From an uncultured Dehalococcoidia bacterium (lineage in GTDB: Bacteria > Chloroflexota > Dehalococcoidia > Lucifugimonadales > UBA2985), in assembly GCA_964578255.1 (NCBI GenBank), contig CAZOCC010000035.1, positions 6,262 to 70,261 on the forward strand: 64,000 nt of DNA. The letters run 5' to 3'. Position numbers and translations under genes: made by a program. Below, in pieces: positions 10,385-20,673 of the stretch (position 1 is the first letter of the stretch; each line of letters opens with the position of its first letter). The notes under the pieces were generated by a model. That model was given only the letters and a program-made list of their open reading frames with translations. It was not told the origin of the DNA and made no database searches.

Positions 10385-10570
10385 GTGGCTAAGAAATCAC
10401 AGATTGCCAAATGGCGGAAAACAAGTAAGTACTCTGTAAGACATCACAATCGTTGCAATGTATGTGGTCGTCCGAGAGCCTACATAAGGCATTTTGGTCT
10501 TTGCAGGATATGTTTCCGCACTCTTGCCCTGAGGGGCGAAGTTACAGGCATTCGGAAAGCTAGCTGGTAA
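10385..10570 (+). CDS. rpsN: 30S ribosomal protein S14, zinc-binding type Z (uS14)
   Basis: 61 aa with CNVCGRPRAY...CRIC, a four-Cys motif. GTG start after GGAAGGA. Confidence 0.95.
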   Translation: MAKKSQIAKWRKTSKYSVRHHNRCNVCGRPRAYIRHFGLCRICFRTLALRGEVTGIRKASW

Positions 10571-10578
10571 TTGTTGTA

Positions 10579-10977
10579 ATGAATCTAACTGATCCTATAG
10601 CTGATATGTTGACCAGGATAAGGAATGCTGTGGCAGTGAGACATGGAGTTGTCTCCATCCCAGGTTCTAATCCCAAAGTTGCTTTGGCCCAAATAATGAA
10701 AGACGAAGGCTTTATTGCAGACTACGAGATCTTAAGAGATGGTATACAGCGGACACTGAGGCTACATTTGAAATATAGAGGACGGAATGAACCATCTATT
10801 GCCGGATTGAAACGGGTGAGTAAACCTGGTTTGCGTAAGTACGTAAGCGCAGGGGATATACCGCTGATATTCGGCGGTATGGGAGTAACCATTATTTCAA
10901 CTTCCCAAGGTGTTATGACTGGCCTAGAAGCTCGTCGTAGGGGTATAGGTGGAGAATTCCTATGTTATTTATGGTGA
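10579..10977 (+). CDS. rpsH: 30S ribosomal protein S8 (uS8)
   Basis: 132 aa, begins MNLTDPIADMLTRIRNA. Confidence 0.96.
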   Translation: MNLTDPIADMLTRIRNAVAVRHGVVSIPGSNPKVALAQIMKDEGFIADYEILRDGIQRTLRLHLKYRGRNEPSIAGLKRVSKPGLRKYVSAGDIPLIFGGMGVTIISTSQGVMTGLEARRRGIGGEFLCYLW

Positions 10978-10981
10978 ATAT

Positions 10982-11527
10982 ATGTCTAGAATAGGTAATA
11001 AACCAATCACAATTCCTCCAAATGTTAGGGTGGATATAGATGGTTGTAATGTTGTGGTGAGTGGCGAAAAGGGAGTGTTGTCTCAGTCATTTAATCCTGC
11101 CATGAATATTTCTGTAGATGATGGCATACTTAGTGTTTCTAGGCCCACAGACAGCAGGGAGCACAGGTCTGTGCATGGTCTTACAGGCGCACTACTTGCT
11201 AATATGGTTATAGGCGTTAGTGAAGGATATAGGCGTACCCTTGAATTGGTGGGAGCCGGTTATAGAGCGCAAGAAGATGGAGATGGAGTCATATTGCAAG
11301 TGGGCTACAGTCACAATGTCGAAATCAAACCCCTTCCTATGGTTGTTTTGTCTGTAGAAGGTGCTAATAGAATACATGTGGATGGAATCGATAAGCAGGC
11401 AGTTGGCGAAATGGCCGCCACGATACGTAGGGTTCGGAAACCTAATGCGTATACTGGTAAAGGCATTCGATTTTCGGGTGAACGAGTCCGTCTAAAGCCT
11501 GGTAAGGCGGCAGGTAGAAAGGCTTAG
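10982..11527 (+). CDS. rplF: 50S ribosomal protein L6 (uL6)
   Basis: Begins MSRIGNKPITIP. ATG 10982 lies just after the rpsH stop (ORF opens at 10949). Confidence 0.95.
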   Translation: MSRIGNKPITIPPNVRVDIDGCNVVVSGEKGVLSQSFNPAMNISVDDGILSVSRPTDSREHRSVHGLTGALLANMVIGVSEGYRRTLELVGAGYRAQEDGDGVILQVGYSHNVEIKPLPMVVLSVEGANRIHVDGIDKQAVGEMAATIRRVRKPNAYTGKGIRFSGERVRLKPGKAAGRKA

Positions 11528-11529
11528 TA

Positions 11530-11898
11530 ATGGGTACTGTCAGAAATACAAAAACTATGCGATTGCTGAGGCACCAACGTGCACGCAAGAAGTTATATGG
11601 GACCTCAGTCCGCCCCAGGTTGGCAGTTTTCAGGAGCCTGAATCATGTTTACGCTCAATTAATAAGTGATTCCACTGGGGAGACATTGGCGGCAGCCGGC
11701 AGTTTGGATTCCGAGATCAAGGCATCCAAGGGAAATTTACCCAAGATCCAGATTTCTGCTATTGTAGGCAATCTCATTGCGCAACGAGCTAAATCAAAGG
11801 GTATCAACAGAGTCGTATTTGATACGGGTGGTTATAAATATCATGGCCGCATAAAAGCTTTCGCTGAGGCTGCGAGAGAGGCTGGTTTGGAGTTTTAA
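11530..11898 (+). CDS. rplR: 50S ribosomal protein L18 (uL18)
   Basis: 122 aa, [17 protein letters not shown] with [19 protein letters not shown]. Confidence 0.96.
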   Translation: MGTVRNTKTMRLLRHQRARKKLYGTSVRPRLAVFRSLNHVYAQLISDSTGETLAAAGSLDSEIKASKGNLPKIQISAIVGNLIAQRAKSKGINRVVFDTGGYKYHGRIKAFAEAAREAGLEF

Positions 11899-12410
11899 TG
11901 GTTGCAGGGAATTCAAGCACTCGACAATTGGATATAGATTATTCCGACTTAGAACTCACTGAAAGAGTGGTCAAAATACGACGTGTCACAAAAGTTGTGA
12001 AAGGTGGGAGACGTAGAGGATTCAGTGTAGTGGTGGTGGTTGGGGATGGTGATGGGCATGTAGGTGTGGGACTAGGTAAAGCATTCGGTGTACCAGACGC
12101 TGTCAGGAAAGGTGTTACTGCTGCAAAGAAGAACTTATTCAAGATTCCATTGAATGGAACTACTATCCCGCATCAAATCGTGGCTAGACATTGTGCATCC
12201 ATTGTTCTTTTGAAACCTGCATCTCCCGGGACCGGGGTTATAGCTGGGGGAGCGGTGAGAGCGGTAGTAGAATCTGCTGGTATCAGGGATATTTTGACCA
12301 AATCTATAGGCAGTTCCAATGCTATTAATGTAGTTAGGGCTACTATAGATGGTTTATTAGGCCTGAAAAATCCTTCTGAAGAAATTGCAAAGAGGAAGGG
12401 TGTTGGCTGA
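11898..12410 (+). CDS. rpsE: 30S ribosomal protein S5 (uS5)
   Basis: 170 aa, [12 protein letters not shown] with [17 protein letters not shown]. Confidence 0.96.
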   Translation: MVAGNSSTRQLDIDYSDLELTERVVKIRRVTKVVKGGRRRGFSVVVVVGDGDGHVGVGLGKAFGVPDAVRKGVTAAKKNLFKIPLNGTTIPHQIVARHCASIVLLKPASPGTGVIAGGAVRAVVESAGIRDILTKSIGSSNAINVVRATIDGLLGLKNPSEEIAKRKGVG

Positions 12411-12466
12411 TTCCCCTGATATTTGGTGGGCTAGCGGCATAAGATATATTTTTCGGAGAAATCCTG

Positions 12467-12652
12467 TTGAGTAAGATAGCTATAAAGTGGGAAAAGAGTG
12501 CTATAGGGCATCCTAAGGTTCACGGCAGAGTGATAAGGGCCCTTGGATTGCGACGCTTGAATCAGGTAGTGGTGAAAGAGGCAACGCCATCGGTTTTGGG
12601 AATGATTCATAAGGTCAGGCATTTGGTGAAGGTTGAAAGGGGAGAGGAATGA
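12467..12652 (+). CDS. rpmD: 50S ribosomal protein L30 (uL30)
   Basis: 61 aa, SAIGHPKVHGRVIRALGLRRLNQ. TTG start. 4-nt overlap with rplO. Confidence 0.9.
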   Translation: MSKIAIKWEKSAIGHPKVHGRVIRALGLRRLNQVVVKEATPSVLGMIHKVRHLVKVERGEE

Positions 12653-13098
12653 GATTGGACCAGTTGAGAGCCCCATTGGGAGCTCGGCGTGCACGAAAGA
12701 GAGTGGGTCGCGGAAATGGTAGTTCCGGCACTTACTCTGGTCGAGGTATGAAGGGGCAAAAGGCAAGATCCGGAGGCGGAGTTAGACCTGGTTTTGAGGG
12801 TGGACAAAATCCCATTGTTAAACGACTGCCAGAAAACCGCGGTTTCACTAATATTTTTAAGAAGTACTACTCTACAGTTAACGTTGAGGCTTTGAACCAT
12901 AGATTCCCGGAGGGATCAGAGATCACACCGGAGGATTTGAGAGAGGCTAGATTGATTAGAGGTTTCAGATTTCCAATTAAGATACTCGGTAACGGTGAGA
13001 TGGATCATTCTATTGTAATCAGCGCTCATAAATTCTCATTGGAGGCTAGGCGTAAGATCGAAGCTGCTGGCGGAAGGGTCATGGAAATAGAAACATGA
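12649..13098 (+). CDS. rplO: 50S ribosomal protein L15 (uL15)
   Basis: 149 aa, KRVGRGNGSSGTYSGRGMKGQKARSG. Confidence 0.96.
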   Translation: MRLDQLRAPLGARRARKRVGRGNGSSGTYSGRGMKGQKARSGGGVRPGFEGGQNPIVKRLPENRGFTNIFKKYYSTVNVEALNHRFPEGSEITPEDLREARLIRGFRFPIKILGNGEMDHSIVISAHKFSLEARRKIEAAGGRVMEIET

Positions 13099-14435
13099 TG
13101 AGGCAAAGCCATACTGGCAACGATTCAGGAACTCCCAAGTTATTGCAAGCCTTGATAGACTCAATGCGAGTCCCGGATTTGCGAGGTAGGCTACTTTTTG
13201 TTTTTGCCATGTTAGTGATTTTTAGATTTCTAGCACAGGTGCCTGTGCCTGGCGTTGAACGCGAAGCGTTGGATCAATTTTTCAGACAAAGTGAACTGTT
13301 TGGTTTCCTAGACATGTTCAGTGGTGGCGCGCTGAGGAGCCTTAGTGTTGTGGCGTTGGGCGTATTCCCATATATCACTGCCTCTATAATCATGCAGGTA
13401 ATGGTGCCTGTGTTGCCACAACTCAAAGAACTTAGCAAGGAAGGCGAATTAGGCCGTCAGAGAATGAACCAATTAACCCATTACCTAATGGTTCCGATTG
13501 CTGCTCTTCAGGGCTTCGGACAATTAACTATCTTAGAACGTAGTGGAGCGATAGATGGCATAGGGCTATCTGGTGATAGTTTATTGCCGACCGTATCAAT
13601 TGTGTTGTCTCTGGTTGCTGGTACAGTATTTTTGGTTTGGATCGGTGAACTCATAACTGAAAAAGGTATAGGCAATGGCATTTCTATCATCATATTTGCT
13701 GGAATAGTATCCACGTTGCCGCAGATGATAGGGCAAGGATTCTTGGAAAGGGATAATCCGGCTGGTTTGTTGCTATTATTGGCTATAGGCGCACTAACTG
13801 TATACTTGATTGTTCTGTTCACAGAGGCTGAACGGAGAATTCCTGTACAATATAGCCGATCAGTATTCAGGGGCGGCCGTATGTACAGGCAAGGAGGAGC
13901 CACATATATACCTATAAAGGTGAATTCCGCTGGCATGATCCCTCTGATATTCGCCTTTTCCATAATGATATTTCCGGGAGTTGTCGCAAGTTACTTTGTT
14001 GATCCAATGAGTAACTCTGTACTCAATCAGGCAGCAAATTTCATTCAACAGTTGTTTGATCCTACAAAATTCTTCTATTATTTTTTCAGCTTCATTCTAG
14101 TTGTGGCATTTACTTTCTTTTATGCGTTGATAATGTTTAGACAGCAAAATCTGGCAGATAGCTTGCAACGTAATGGAGGGTTCATTCCAGGCAGGAGGCC
14201 TGGCCGTGCGACAGACGAGTATCTTAATAGCATAATTGTTAGGGTCACTTGGGGGGGAGCTCTATTCCTTGGAGTGGTAGCAGTTATTCCATTTATAGTC
14301 ACAACCATTACAGACGTACGGGGGCTGCAATTGCCTGCTATTAGTTTACTGATCATGGTTGGTGTAGGTTTGGATACAATGAGGCAATTGGAGGCTCAAT
14401 TGATGATGAGAAATTACGAAGGGTTTATACAATAG
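13095..14435 (+). CDS. secY: preprotein translocase subunit SecY
   Basis: 446 aa polytopic membrane protein with GISIIIFAGIV and ITEKGIGNG motifs. Canonical position after rplO. Confidence 0.96.
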   Translation: MMRQSHTGNDSGTPKLLQALIDSMRVPDLRGRLLFVFAMLVIFRFLAQVPVPGVEREALDQFFRQSELFGFLDMFSGGALRSLSVVALGVFPYITASIIMQVMVPVLPQLKELSKEGELGRQRMNQLTHYLMVPIAALQGFGQLTILERSGAIDGIGLSGDSLLPTVSIVLSLVAGTVFLVWIGELITEKGIGNGISIIIFAGIVSTLPQMIGQGFLERDNPAGLLLLLAIGALTVYLIVLFTEAERRIPVQYSRSVFRGGRMYRQGGATYIPIKVNSAGMIPLIFAFSIMIFPGVVASYFVDPMSNSVLNQAANFIQQLFDPTKFFYYFFSFILVVAFTFFYALIMFRQQNLADSLQRNGGFIPGRRPGRATDEYLNSIIVRVTWGGALFLGVVAVIPFIVTTITDVRGLQLPAISLLIMVGVGLDTMRQLEAQLMMRNYEGFIQ

Positions 14436-14445
14436 GTAAATCAAT

Positions 14446-15087
14446 ATGAGAGTCGTTCTTTTAGGTCCACCAGGCGCAGGTAAAGGCACGCAGGCCAAGG
14501 CTATAGCGGATGCTTTGGGAATAATACATATTTCATCTGGTGACCTGCTCAGGGATAATCAAGCAAGGGGCACTGATTTGGGTGTTACAGCCAGGTCATA
14601 TATGCAACAAGGTCTACTTGTCCCAGATGGATTGATAATAGAAATGATAGAAGATCGCATACAAGCCGAGGATGCTTCAACGGGATATGTTTTGGATGGA
14701 TTTCCGAGAACTGTTGATCAGGCTGAGGCTTTAGCAGGGGCTCTTGGTAAACGTGGAGAGCATATTGATAGAGTGGTTAGTATAACTGTGGGTGAGGACG
14801 AATTGGTTACTAGGCTCGGAGGTAGGTGGATTTGCAGAAAGTGCCAAACCCCTTACCATGAGATTAATTCACCACCTGCTAAAGCAGGCTTTTGTGATCA
14901 TTGTGACGGTGATTTGTACCAGCGAGAAGATGATACCTCGGACGCGGTTAGTAAGCGCATAAAAGTATTTAGTGACCAAACCGCACCACTAATAGATTAT
15001 TACACACAAGAAGGGAATCTTGTAGAAATAAATGGTGAGGATACAATTGAAGGTGTAAGGTCAGCGTTGCTGAATGCCTTAGCCTGA
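14446..15087 (+). CDS. adk: adenylate kinase (Cys4 zinc lid type)
   Basis: P-loop GPPGAGKGTQ. Lid CRKC...CDHC. Confidence 0.96.
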   Translation: MRVVLLGPPGAGKGTQAKAIADALGIIHISSGDLLRDNQARGTDLGVTARSYMQQGLLVPDGLIIEMIEDRIQAEDASTGYVLDGFPRTVDQAEALAGALGKRGEHIDRVVSITVGEDELVTRLGGRWICRKCQTPYHEINSPPAKAGFCDHCDGDLYQREDDTSDAVSKRIKVFSDQTAPLIDYYTQEGNLVEINGEDTIEGVRSALLNALA

Positions 15088-15100
15088 TACAGGTGGATAT

Positions 15101-15892
15101 ATGGATAAGGAAACACTGTTTACTCAGGTATCAACTAAAGATCGTGGAATCACATTGAAATCTCCGAGAGAGATAGATTCTATGAGAGAAGCTGGTAAAG
15201 TTGTAGCGCATACAATAGCAAAACTCAAGGATGCTATAGAGCCTGGCATTAAAACGATAGATCTTGATGATATTGCGTCAAGTGAGATTCAAAAAATGGG
15301 TGCCAAGCCGTCATTTAAGGGATATATGGGATTCCCGTGTACGATTTGTGTGTCTGTTAACGACGAAATAGTGCATGGTATTCCAGGCGATAAAGTTATA
15401 ATGGATGGTGATCTGGTGAAAATGGATGTAGGGGCTGTCGTTGATGGATTCCATGGTGATTCTGCTGTTACTGTGGGGGTGGGAACAATAGCTCAGGAAC
15501 TTAAAGACCTCATGAGTGTGACGGAGGAATCGTTGCGGTTGGGTATTGCTGCTGCAACCGATGGTTGTCGCATAGGTGACATTTCTTGGGCGATTCAGTC
15601 TTACGTAGAGCAAAGAGGTTATTCTGTGGTCAGAGAATACGTTGGCCATGGTATAGGTAGGGCCCTACATGAAGAGCCACAAATACCGAACTTCGGTTCT
15701 CCGGGTGTCGGTACTTTATTGAAAAAAGGTATGGTGATAGCCATAGAGCCAATGGTCAATATAGGATCATGGCGGACAAGAGTTTTGGAAGATAATTGGA
15801 CAATTGTCACCTTGGATGGTAGCATGTCAGCCCATTTTGAAAATACTTTACTCGTCACTGAAGGTGATGCGGAGGTGCTGACTCGACTATAG
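15101..15892 (+). CDS. map: methionine aminopeptidase, type I
   Basis: 263 aa with VHGIPG, DVGAVVDGFHGD, GHGIGRALHEEP and IAIEPM motifs. Confidence 0.95.
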   Translation: MDKETLFTQVSTKDRGITLKSPREIDSMREAGKVVAHTIAKLKDAIEPGIKTIDLDDIASSEIQKMGAKPSFKGYMGFPCTICVSVNDEIVHGIPGDKVIMDGDLVKMDVGAVVDGFHGDSAVTVGVGTIAQELKDLMSVTEESLRLGIAAATDGCRIGDISWAIQSYVEQRGYSVVREYVGHGIGRALHEEPQIPNFGSPGVGTLLKKGMVIAIEPMVNIGSWRTRVLEDNWTIVTLDGSMSAHFENTLLVTEGDAEVLTRL

Positions 15893-15928
15893 TTAGATGT
15901 AAAAATTATATGGAACGTTGTAGAAGCA

Positions 15929-16147
15929 ATGCCTAAGAAACCAGGTCTAGAAATAGAAGGTACCGTGGCTCAGTCTTTACCAAACGCTATGTTCTGGGTG
16001 GATTTGGCAAATGGCCATAGAATATTGGCTCATGCTTCTGGGAAGATACGTGTGCACTTTATAAGGGTTCTCCCGGGCGATAGGGTTTTGGTAGAGTTAT
16101 CGCCTTACGACCTTACTAGGGGTAGGATAACGTATCGTTTCAAGTGA
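15929..16147 (+). CDS. infA: translation initiation factor IF-1
   Basis: 72 aa, [35 protein letters not shown]. Confidence 0.96.
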   Translation: MPKKPGLEIEGTVAQSLPNAMFWVDLANGHRILAHASGKIRVHFIRVLPGDRVLVELSPYDLTRGRITYRFK

Positions 16148-16161
16148 ATCGTGGAGGAAAT

Positions 16162-16275
16162 ATGAGGGTTAGAGCCTCGGTTAAGACTAGATGTGAAAAA
16201 TGTAAGGTTATACGTAGACACAGAGTTATTAGAATTCTCTGTGAAAATCCTAGACATCGTCAAAGGCAGGGATAG
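16162..16275 (+). CDS. rpmJ: 50S ribosomal protein L36 (bL36)
   Basis: Not in the ORF track (37 aa). Hand translation gives [37 protein letters not shown]. Canonical infA-rpmJ-rpsM position. Confidence 0.93.
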   Translation: MRVRASVKTRCEKCKVIRRHRVIRILCENPRHRQRQG

Positions 16276-16277
16276 AT

Positions 16278-16658
16278 ATGGCTAGAGTAGCTGGAATAGA
16301 TATACCGGACGGGCAACGATTGGATTACTCCTTGCGCCGTATATATGGAGTTGGGCCAGTTATATCCAGGGATGTTGTAACTAAGGCAGGAATTGAAGGA
16401 AATCCTAGGGTTCGTGACTTATCGGAAGAGGATTTGGATCGCATAAGGGGAATCTTGGATAAGGATCATACTGTGGAGGGCGATCTTAGGCGAGAGGTCA
16501 ATGGTAATATCAGAAGACTTATTGACATAGGGTCGTATAGGGGTTTGAGACATCGCAGAGGATTACCTTTGCGCGGCCAACGTACTAAAACCAATGCCAG
16601 AACTAAACGTGGGTCCCGAAAAACTGTAGCTGGTCGTAGACGAGCAGGTACTAGGTAG
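16278..16658 (+). CDS. rpsM: 30S ribosomal protein S13 (uS13)
   Basis: 126 aa, [10 protein letters not shown] with [23 protein letters not shown]. Confidence 0.96.
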   Translation: MARVAGIDIPDGQRLDYSLRRIYGVGPVISRDVVTKAGIEGNPRVRDLSEEDLDRIRGILDKDHTVEGDLRREVNGNIRRLIDIGSYRGLRHRRGLPLRGQRTKTNARTKRGSRKTVAGRRRAGTR

Positions 16659-16673
16659 TATAAGGAGAAGGGT

Positions 16674-17066
16674 ATGACTACAAGGCGTAGACCTAGAGCT
16701 AGAAGGCGTGAGAGGAAATTTGTACCACACGGTAAAGTGTACATCCAATCCACTTTCAATAATACGATTGTGAGTTTAACGGATCTACAAGGTAATCTAC
16801 TGTCTTGGGGCAGCTCCGGTACTGCTGGATTTAAGGGTGCTAGGAAAGGTACGGCTTTTTCTGCACAGAGAGCCGCAGAGACCGCGGCGAGGAAAGCCAT
16901 GGAACATGGATTGAGACAAGTGGAAGTTTACATAAAGGGGCCAGGTGCCGGTAGGGAAGTGGCAATCCGCTCTTTGCAGGCCGCTGGATTAGACATTACC
17001 ACTATCAGGGATGTTACCCCCATTCCCCATAACGGTTGTAGGCCTCCTAAGGGGAGACGAGTCTAA
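16674..17066 (+). CDS. rpsK: 30S ribosomal protein S11 (uS11)
   Basis: 130 aa, [18 protein letters not shown] with PHNGCRPPK. Confidence 0.96.
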   Translation: MTTRRRPRARRRERKFVPHGKVYIQSTFNNTIVSLTDLQGNLLSWGSSGTAGFKGARKGTAFSAQRAAETAARKAMEHGLRQVEVYIKGPGAGREVAIRSLQAAGLDITTIRDVTPIPHNGCRPPKGRRV

Positions 17067-17153
17067 CGCCTCGTGACCTCTCGTGGGTCCGTTAATTTGT
17101 ATTAATATTAGGATGTATTTGAATGATGTCTGCGGAATTTAGAGGGAGTTTGT

Positions 17154-17780
17154 ATGGCTAGATATACTGAAGCTGTTTGCAGGCTTTGCCGTCGTGCGGG
17201 GGTGAAGTTGTTTCTTAAGGGTGAGCGTTGCTACACCCCGAGATGTGGTGTGGAAAAAAGGCATAAGCCGCCAGGTAGTCAGCCAATGCGGAGACGTAGG
17301 ATAAGCGATTGGGGGACCCAACTCAGGGAAAAACAAAAAGCCAGACAGATATATGGAGTCCTAGAAAAACAGTTCCGTAAATATTTCAGTGAGGCTCAGA
17401 GGCAACCAGGCATGACTGGCACCTATCTTCTGCAGTTGCTGGAAGAACGATTGGACAATGTTGCGTACCGGCTTAACTTCGCTGACTCTAGAAGTCAGGC
17501 TAGACAATTGGTTAGTCATGGCCACATTTTAGTTAATGATCGCAAGGTAGACATACCGTCATACCGGGTTAAGGTTGATGATTTGGTTGTATGGAAAGAA
17601 TCTAGTAAAGAAACAGGAATATATGCTCAGATGGCTGATGGCATACCTAAAAGGCCTGTGCCTGGTTGGCTTAGTTTAGATCCAGAGAAGATGTCAGGGA
17701 GAGTAGTGTCTTCACCTGAGCCTACAGAGATTGATACTGGTATAGATGTTCGCTTGATTGTAGAACACTATTCCAGATAG
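17154..17780 (+). CDS. rpsD: 30S ribosomal protein S4 (uS4)
   Basis: 208 aa, MARYTEAVCRLCRR, with an S4 RNA-binding domain pattern. Confidence 0.96.
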   Translation: MARYTEAVCRLCRRAGVKLFLKGERCYTPRCGVEKRHKPPGSQPMRRRRISDWGTQLREKQKARQIYGVLEKQFRKYFSEAQRQPGMTGTYLLQLLEERLDNVAYRLNFADSRSQARQLVSHGHILVNDRKVDIPSYRVKVDDLVVWKESSKETGIYAQMADGIPKRPVPGWLSLDPEKMSGRVVSSPEPTEIDTGIDVRLIVEHYSR

Positions 17781-17795
17781 CGGAGGAGTTTATAC

Positions 17796-18842
17796 ATGGT
17801 GCAATTAGATGTTACATTAGACGAGTCACCACGGCCCGAAATCCGGGTTGTAGAAACTGGGGATAGTTATGGTCGCTTCGTGGTGGAACCTTTGGAACCT
17901 GGATATGGCACTACTTTAGGCAATCCGATGCGTAGGGTTTTGTTGACTTCTATTCCAGGTACCGCGGTAACATGGGTGAAAATAGAGGGTATTTTACACG
18001 AATTCTCTACCATTCCTCATATGAAAGAGGATATCAGTGAATTCCTAGTCAATGTTAAAGCGATCCGTTTGAAATCGTTGGCCGACAGGCCAGGCAAAAT
18101 GCGCTTGGAGATTAGTCATGAGGGGTTTGTGAAGGCGGGGGATATAAGCGTGCCTCCAGATTTTGAAATAGTGAATCCTGACCTACATCTAGCCACTATT
18201 GAATCTAATGAAGGCCAATTGTCGGTAGAATTTAATGCTGAGCAAGGTACAGGCTATAACCCGGCAGACAGACTAGAGGGTTTGCCAATAGGAGTGTTGC
18301 CTGTTGATGCAATTTATAGCCCAGTGCGCAAGGTAAATTATTTTATTGAGAGCGTGCGTGTAGGGCAAATTACAAATTACGAGAGGCTTATAGTTGATGT
18401 ATGGACAGATGGCTCAGTAAGTCCTGTGGAAGCTGTAAAAACTGGCGCAGAACTTCTTTTACAACGATTGTTCCTCTTTGCGAATGCTGACAAGGCTGGA
18501 GAGGGAACTGCGGAGCGTCCATCTTTCACTGCAACAATCCCTCTTGAACAGTACAACGTTGTGATAGAAAAGTTGGATTTGTCATTCAGGACTTTAAATT
18601 GTTTGAAGAGAAGTAATATTAATGTAGTGGGACAGGTATTGGAATATCAGGACTCTGATCTCTTGAAGATAAGGAATTTCGGAGCCAAGTCTTTAGATGA
18701 GTTGCGGTCCAGGTTACGAGAATATGGCTTTACTGCTGACACACCAGAAAAGGATTCGGATATAGAGGAACAATTGGATGAAACCTCCTATACTGTTGAT
18801 GTAGGTGTTGCCGTAGAGTCAGAGGCGGGTGAAGAAGTATGA
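17796..18842 (+). CDS. rpoA: DNA-directed RNA polymerase subunit alpha
   Basis: 348 aa with GYGTTLGNPMRRVLL, and a CTD with LNCLKRSNI...IRNFGAKSLDEL. Acidic C-terminal tail. Confidence 0.96.
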   Translation: MVQLDVTLDESPRPEIRVVETGDSYGRFVVEPLEPGYGTTLGNPMRRVLLTSIPGTAVTWVKIEGILHEFSTIPHMKEDISEFLVNVKAIRLKSLADRPGKMRLEISHEGFVKAGDISVPPDFEIVNPDLHLATIESNEGQLSVEFNAEQGTGYNPADRLEGLPIGVLPVDAIYSPVRKVNYFIESVRVGQITNYERLIVDVWTDGSVSPVEAVKTGAELLLQRLFLFANADKAGEGTAERPSFTATIPLEQYNVVIEKLDLSFRTLNCLKRSNINVVGQVLEYQDSDLLKIRNFGAKSLDELRSRLREYGFTADTPEKDSDIEEQLDETSYTVDVGVAVESEAGEEV

Positions 18843-19192
18843 GACATATGGTGTCCGGCCGTAAATTGAGCCGTCCTACTGGTCAGCGCATGCTTATGTT
18901 TAGAACACAAGTTATGGATGTTATTAGGCATGAGCGTATACGTACCACTCTACCCAAGGCCAAGGAAGTTCAGGGTTTAGTGGAAAAGGTCATAACTCTG
19001 GGGAAACAGGGAGGTCTCCATAATAGGAGACGGGCATTGGCGTTTGTGACTGATGAATCCATGGTCAGGAAAGTATTTGATGACCTTGCTAATAGATACG
19101 CCAGTAGGTCTGGAGGATATACGAGAGTGATCAAGATTGATCCTAGAAAAGGTGATGGTGCGTCTATGGCTTTACTGGAGTTGGTGAGTTGA
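18839..19192 (+). CDS. rplQ: 50S ribosomal protein L17 (bL17)
   Basis: 117 aa, MRHMVSGRKLSRPTGQR with GGYTRVIK. Confidence 0.96.
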   Translation: MRHMVSGRKLSRPTGQRMLMFRTQVMDVIRHERIRTTLPKAKEVQGLVEKVITLGKQGGLHNRRRALAFVTDESMVRKVFDDLANRYASRSGGYTRVIKIDPRKGDGASMALLELVS

Positions 19193-20043
19193 CTTCAATG
19201 TATGCCGATGCCAATCGATCAACTGTTGATGCGCTTAGACGAATGGCCGTTCTATTAGAATATGATGGCACGGATTATAGTGGATTCCAAACACAAATTA
19301 ATGCATCTTCTATACAAGAGCATTTGGAGATTTCTTTGTATAAATTGACCGGTGAGCGTCATAGAGTTGCCGGAGCAGGCAGGACTGACGCTGGTGTTCA
19401 TGCACATGGCCAGGTTGCGGCCTTCGATACCTGGTCTTCTATTGATGAACATTCCTTTAGTACTGGCCTGAATCATTATTTACCGTATGATATTTCCGTG
19501 AGGCTTGCAGTAGAAGTCTCACTGGATTTTGATCCCCGTAGATGGGCCATTAGCAGGGAATATCGCTACAGTATTCTGAACAGAGAGAGCAGGTCCCCTA
19601 TATATAATAGATTCGCTTGGCATGTCGGTCCGCATCTTGATGTGAATGCCATGAACACTGCAGGTCAGTATATGGTGGGGCACATGGATTTCGGCCCGTT
19701 TGCGAAGATTGATATGGACCGATTAGTGGATACACATAGAGATATGTTCGCATGTTCAGTTATACGTAATGGAGATTTCGTCCTTTTGGATATATGTGCC
19801 AATAGCTTTCTAAGACAACAGGTAAGGAGAACAGCAGGGAGTCTGATTGACGTCGGATTGGGCAGGTTGACGATAGAGGAATTTGTTGGTATTACTAACT
19901 GTGGTGTGAATGGATATGCCAATAGAGTGGCTCCATCTAAGGGATTGTCTCTTATGAGGGTTAATTATTTGACAAATCCGTTTATAAACCAATCACACCT
20001 ATCTATAGAGAAACATTCTGCTTACAGTGCGAGTCTTGTATGA
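19189..20043 (+). CDS. truA: tRNA pseudouridine(38-40) synthase TruA
   Basis: 284 aa with LEYDGTDYSGFQTQ and GAGRTDAGVHA (catalytic Asp motif). Confidence 0.92.
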   Translation: MTSMYADANRSTVDALRRMAVLLEYDGTDYSGFQTQINASSIQEHLEISLYKLTGERHRVAGAGRTDAGVHAHGQVAAFDTWSSIDEHSFSTGLNHYLPYDISVRLAVEVSLDFDPRRWAISREYRYSILNRESRSPIYNRFAWHVGPHLDVNAMNTAGQYMVGHMDFGPFAKIDMDRLVDTHRDMFACSVIRNGDFVLLDICANSFLRQQVRRTAGSLIDVGLGRLTIEEFVGITNCGVNGYANRVAPSKGLSLMRVNYLTNPFINQSHLSIEKHSAYSASLV

Positions 20044-20672
20044 AAACAATGAAAACTTATACTACTAAGCCATCACATGTTGATCCCAGGTGGGTTGTGT
20101 TTGACGCCACAGATAAAGTTCTGGGTAGGTTGGCTACCGAGGTTAGTGGACTTCTGCAAGGGAAGCACAAACCTATATACGCCAGACACATATTGACTGG
20201 GGACTTTGTAATAGTAGTCAACGTGTCAAAATTGAAAGTCACTGGGAATAAACTGCAACAGAAAATATACCATCGACATAGCCGGTATATAGGGTCTATG
20301 AGAGAAATTACCATGTCGGAAATGCAGGAACGTTATCCTGATCGTATTCTGAGGGCAGCCGTTAGAGGTATGTTGCCTAAGAACACTCTAGGCCGACAGA
20401 TGTTACGTAGGTTGAAGATATATGCTGGAGACTCCCATCCACATGGGGCCCAGATTAAAGACATGGCTGATATGGCTATAGCCCCTAAGGTCCCAGAACC
20501 GGAATGGCCGTCAATTGCCGAGGTTCAGATGGATTCTCCTATAGAGGTTGTGTCTGATATACGTGAAGAAAGTGTCGACGAAATCGAGGTTGAAGAATCA
20601 GATGTAGCAGAGGCCGAGGCGCAAGGTGAAGAACTATCCCAGGAATCTGTTGGAGAGAAACCGGAGAACTAA
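20040..20672 (+). CDS. rplM: 50S ribosomal protein L13 (uL13) with roughly 65-aa acidic C-terminal tail
   Basis: N-terminal 145 aa are canonical L13 (WVVFDATDKVLGRLAT, HRHSRYIG). The C-terminus is Glu/Asp-rich. Confidence 0.94.
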   Translation: MKTMKTYTTKPSHVDPRWVVFDATDKVLGRLATEVSGLLQGKHKPIYARHILTGDFVIVVNVSKLKVTGNKLQQKIYHRHSRYIGSMREITMSEMQERYPDRILRAAVRGMLPKNTLGRQMLRRLKIYAGDSHPHGAQIKDMADMAIAPKVPEPEWPSIAEVQMDSPIEVVSDIREESVDEIEVEESDVAEAEAQGEELSQESVGEKPEN

Positions 20673-20673
20673 A

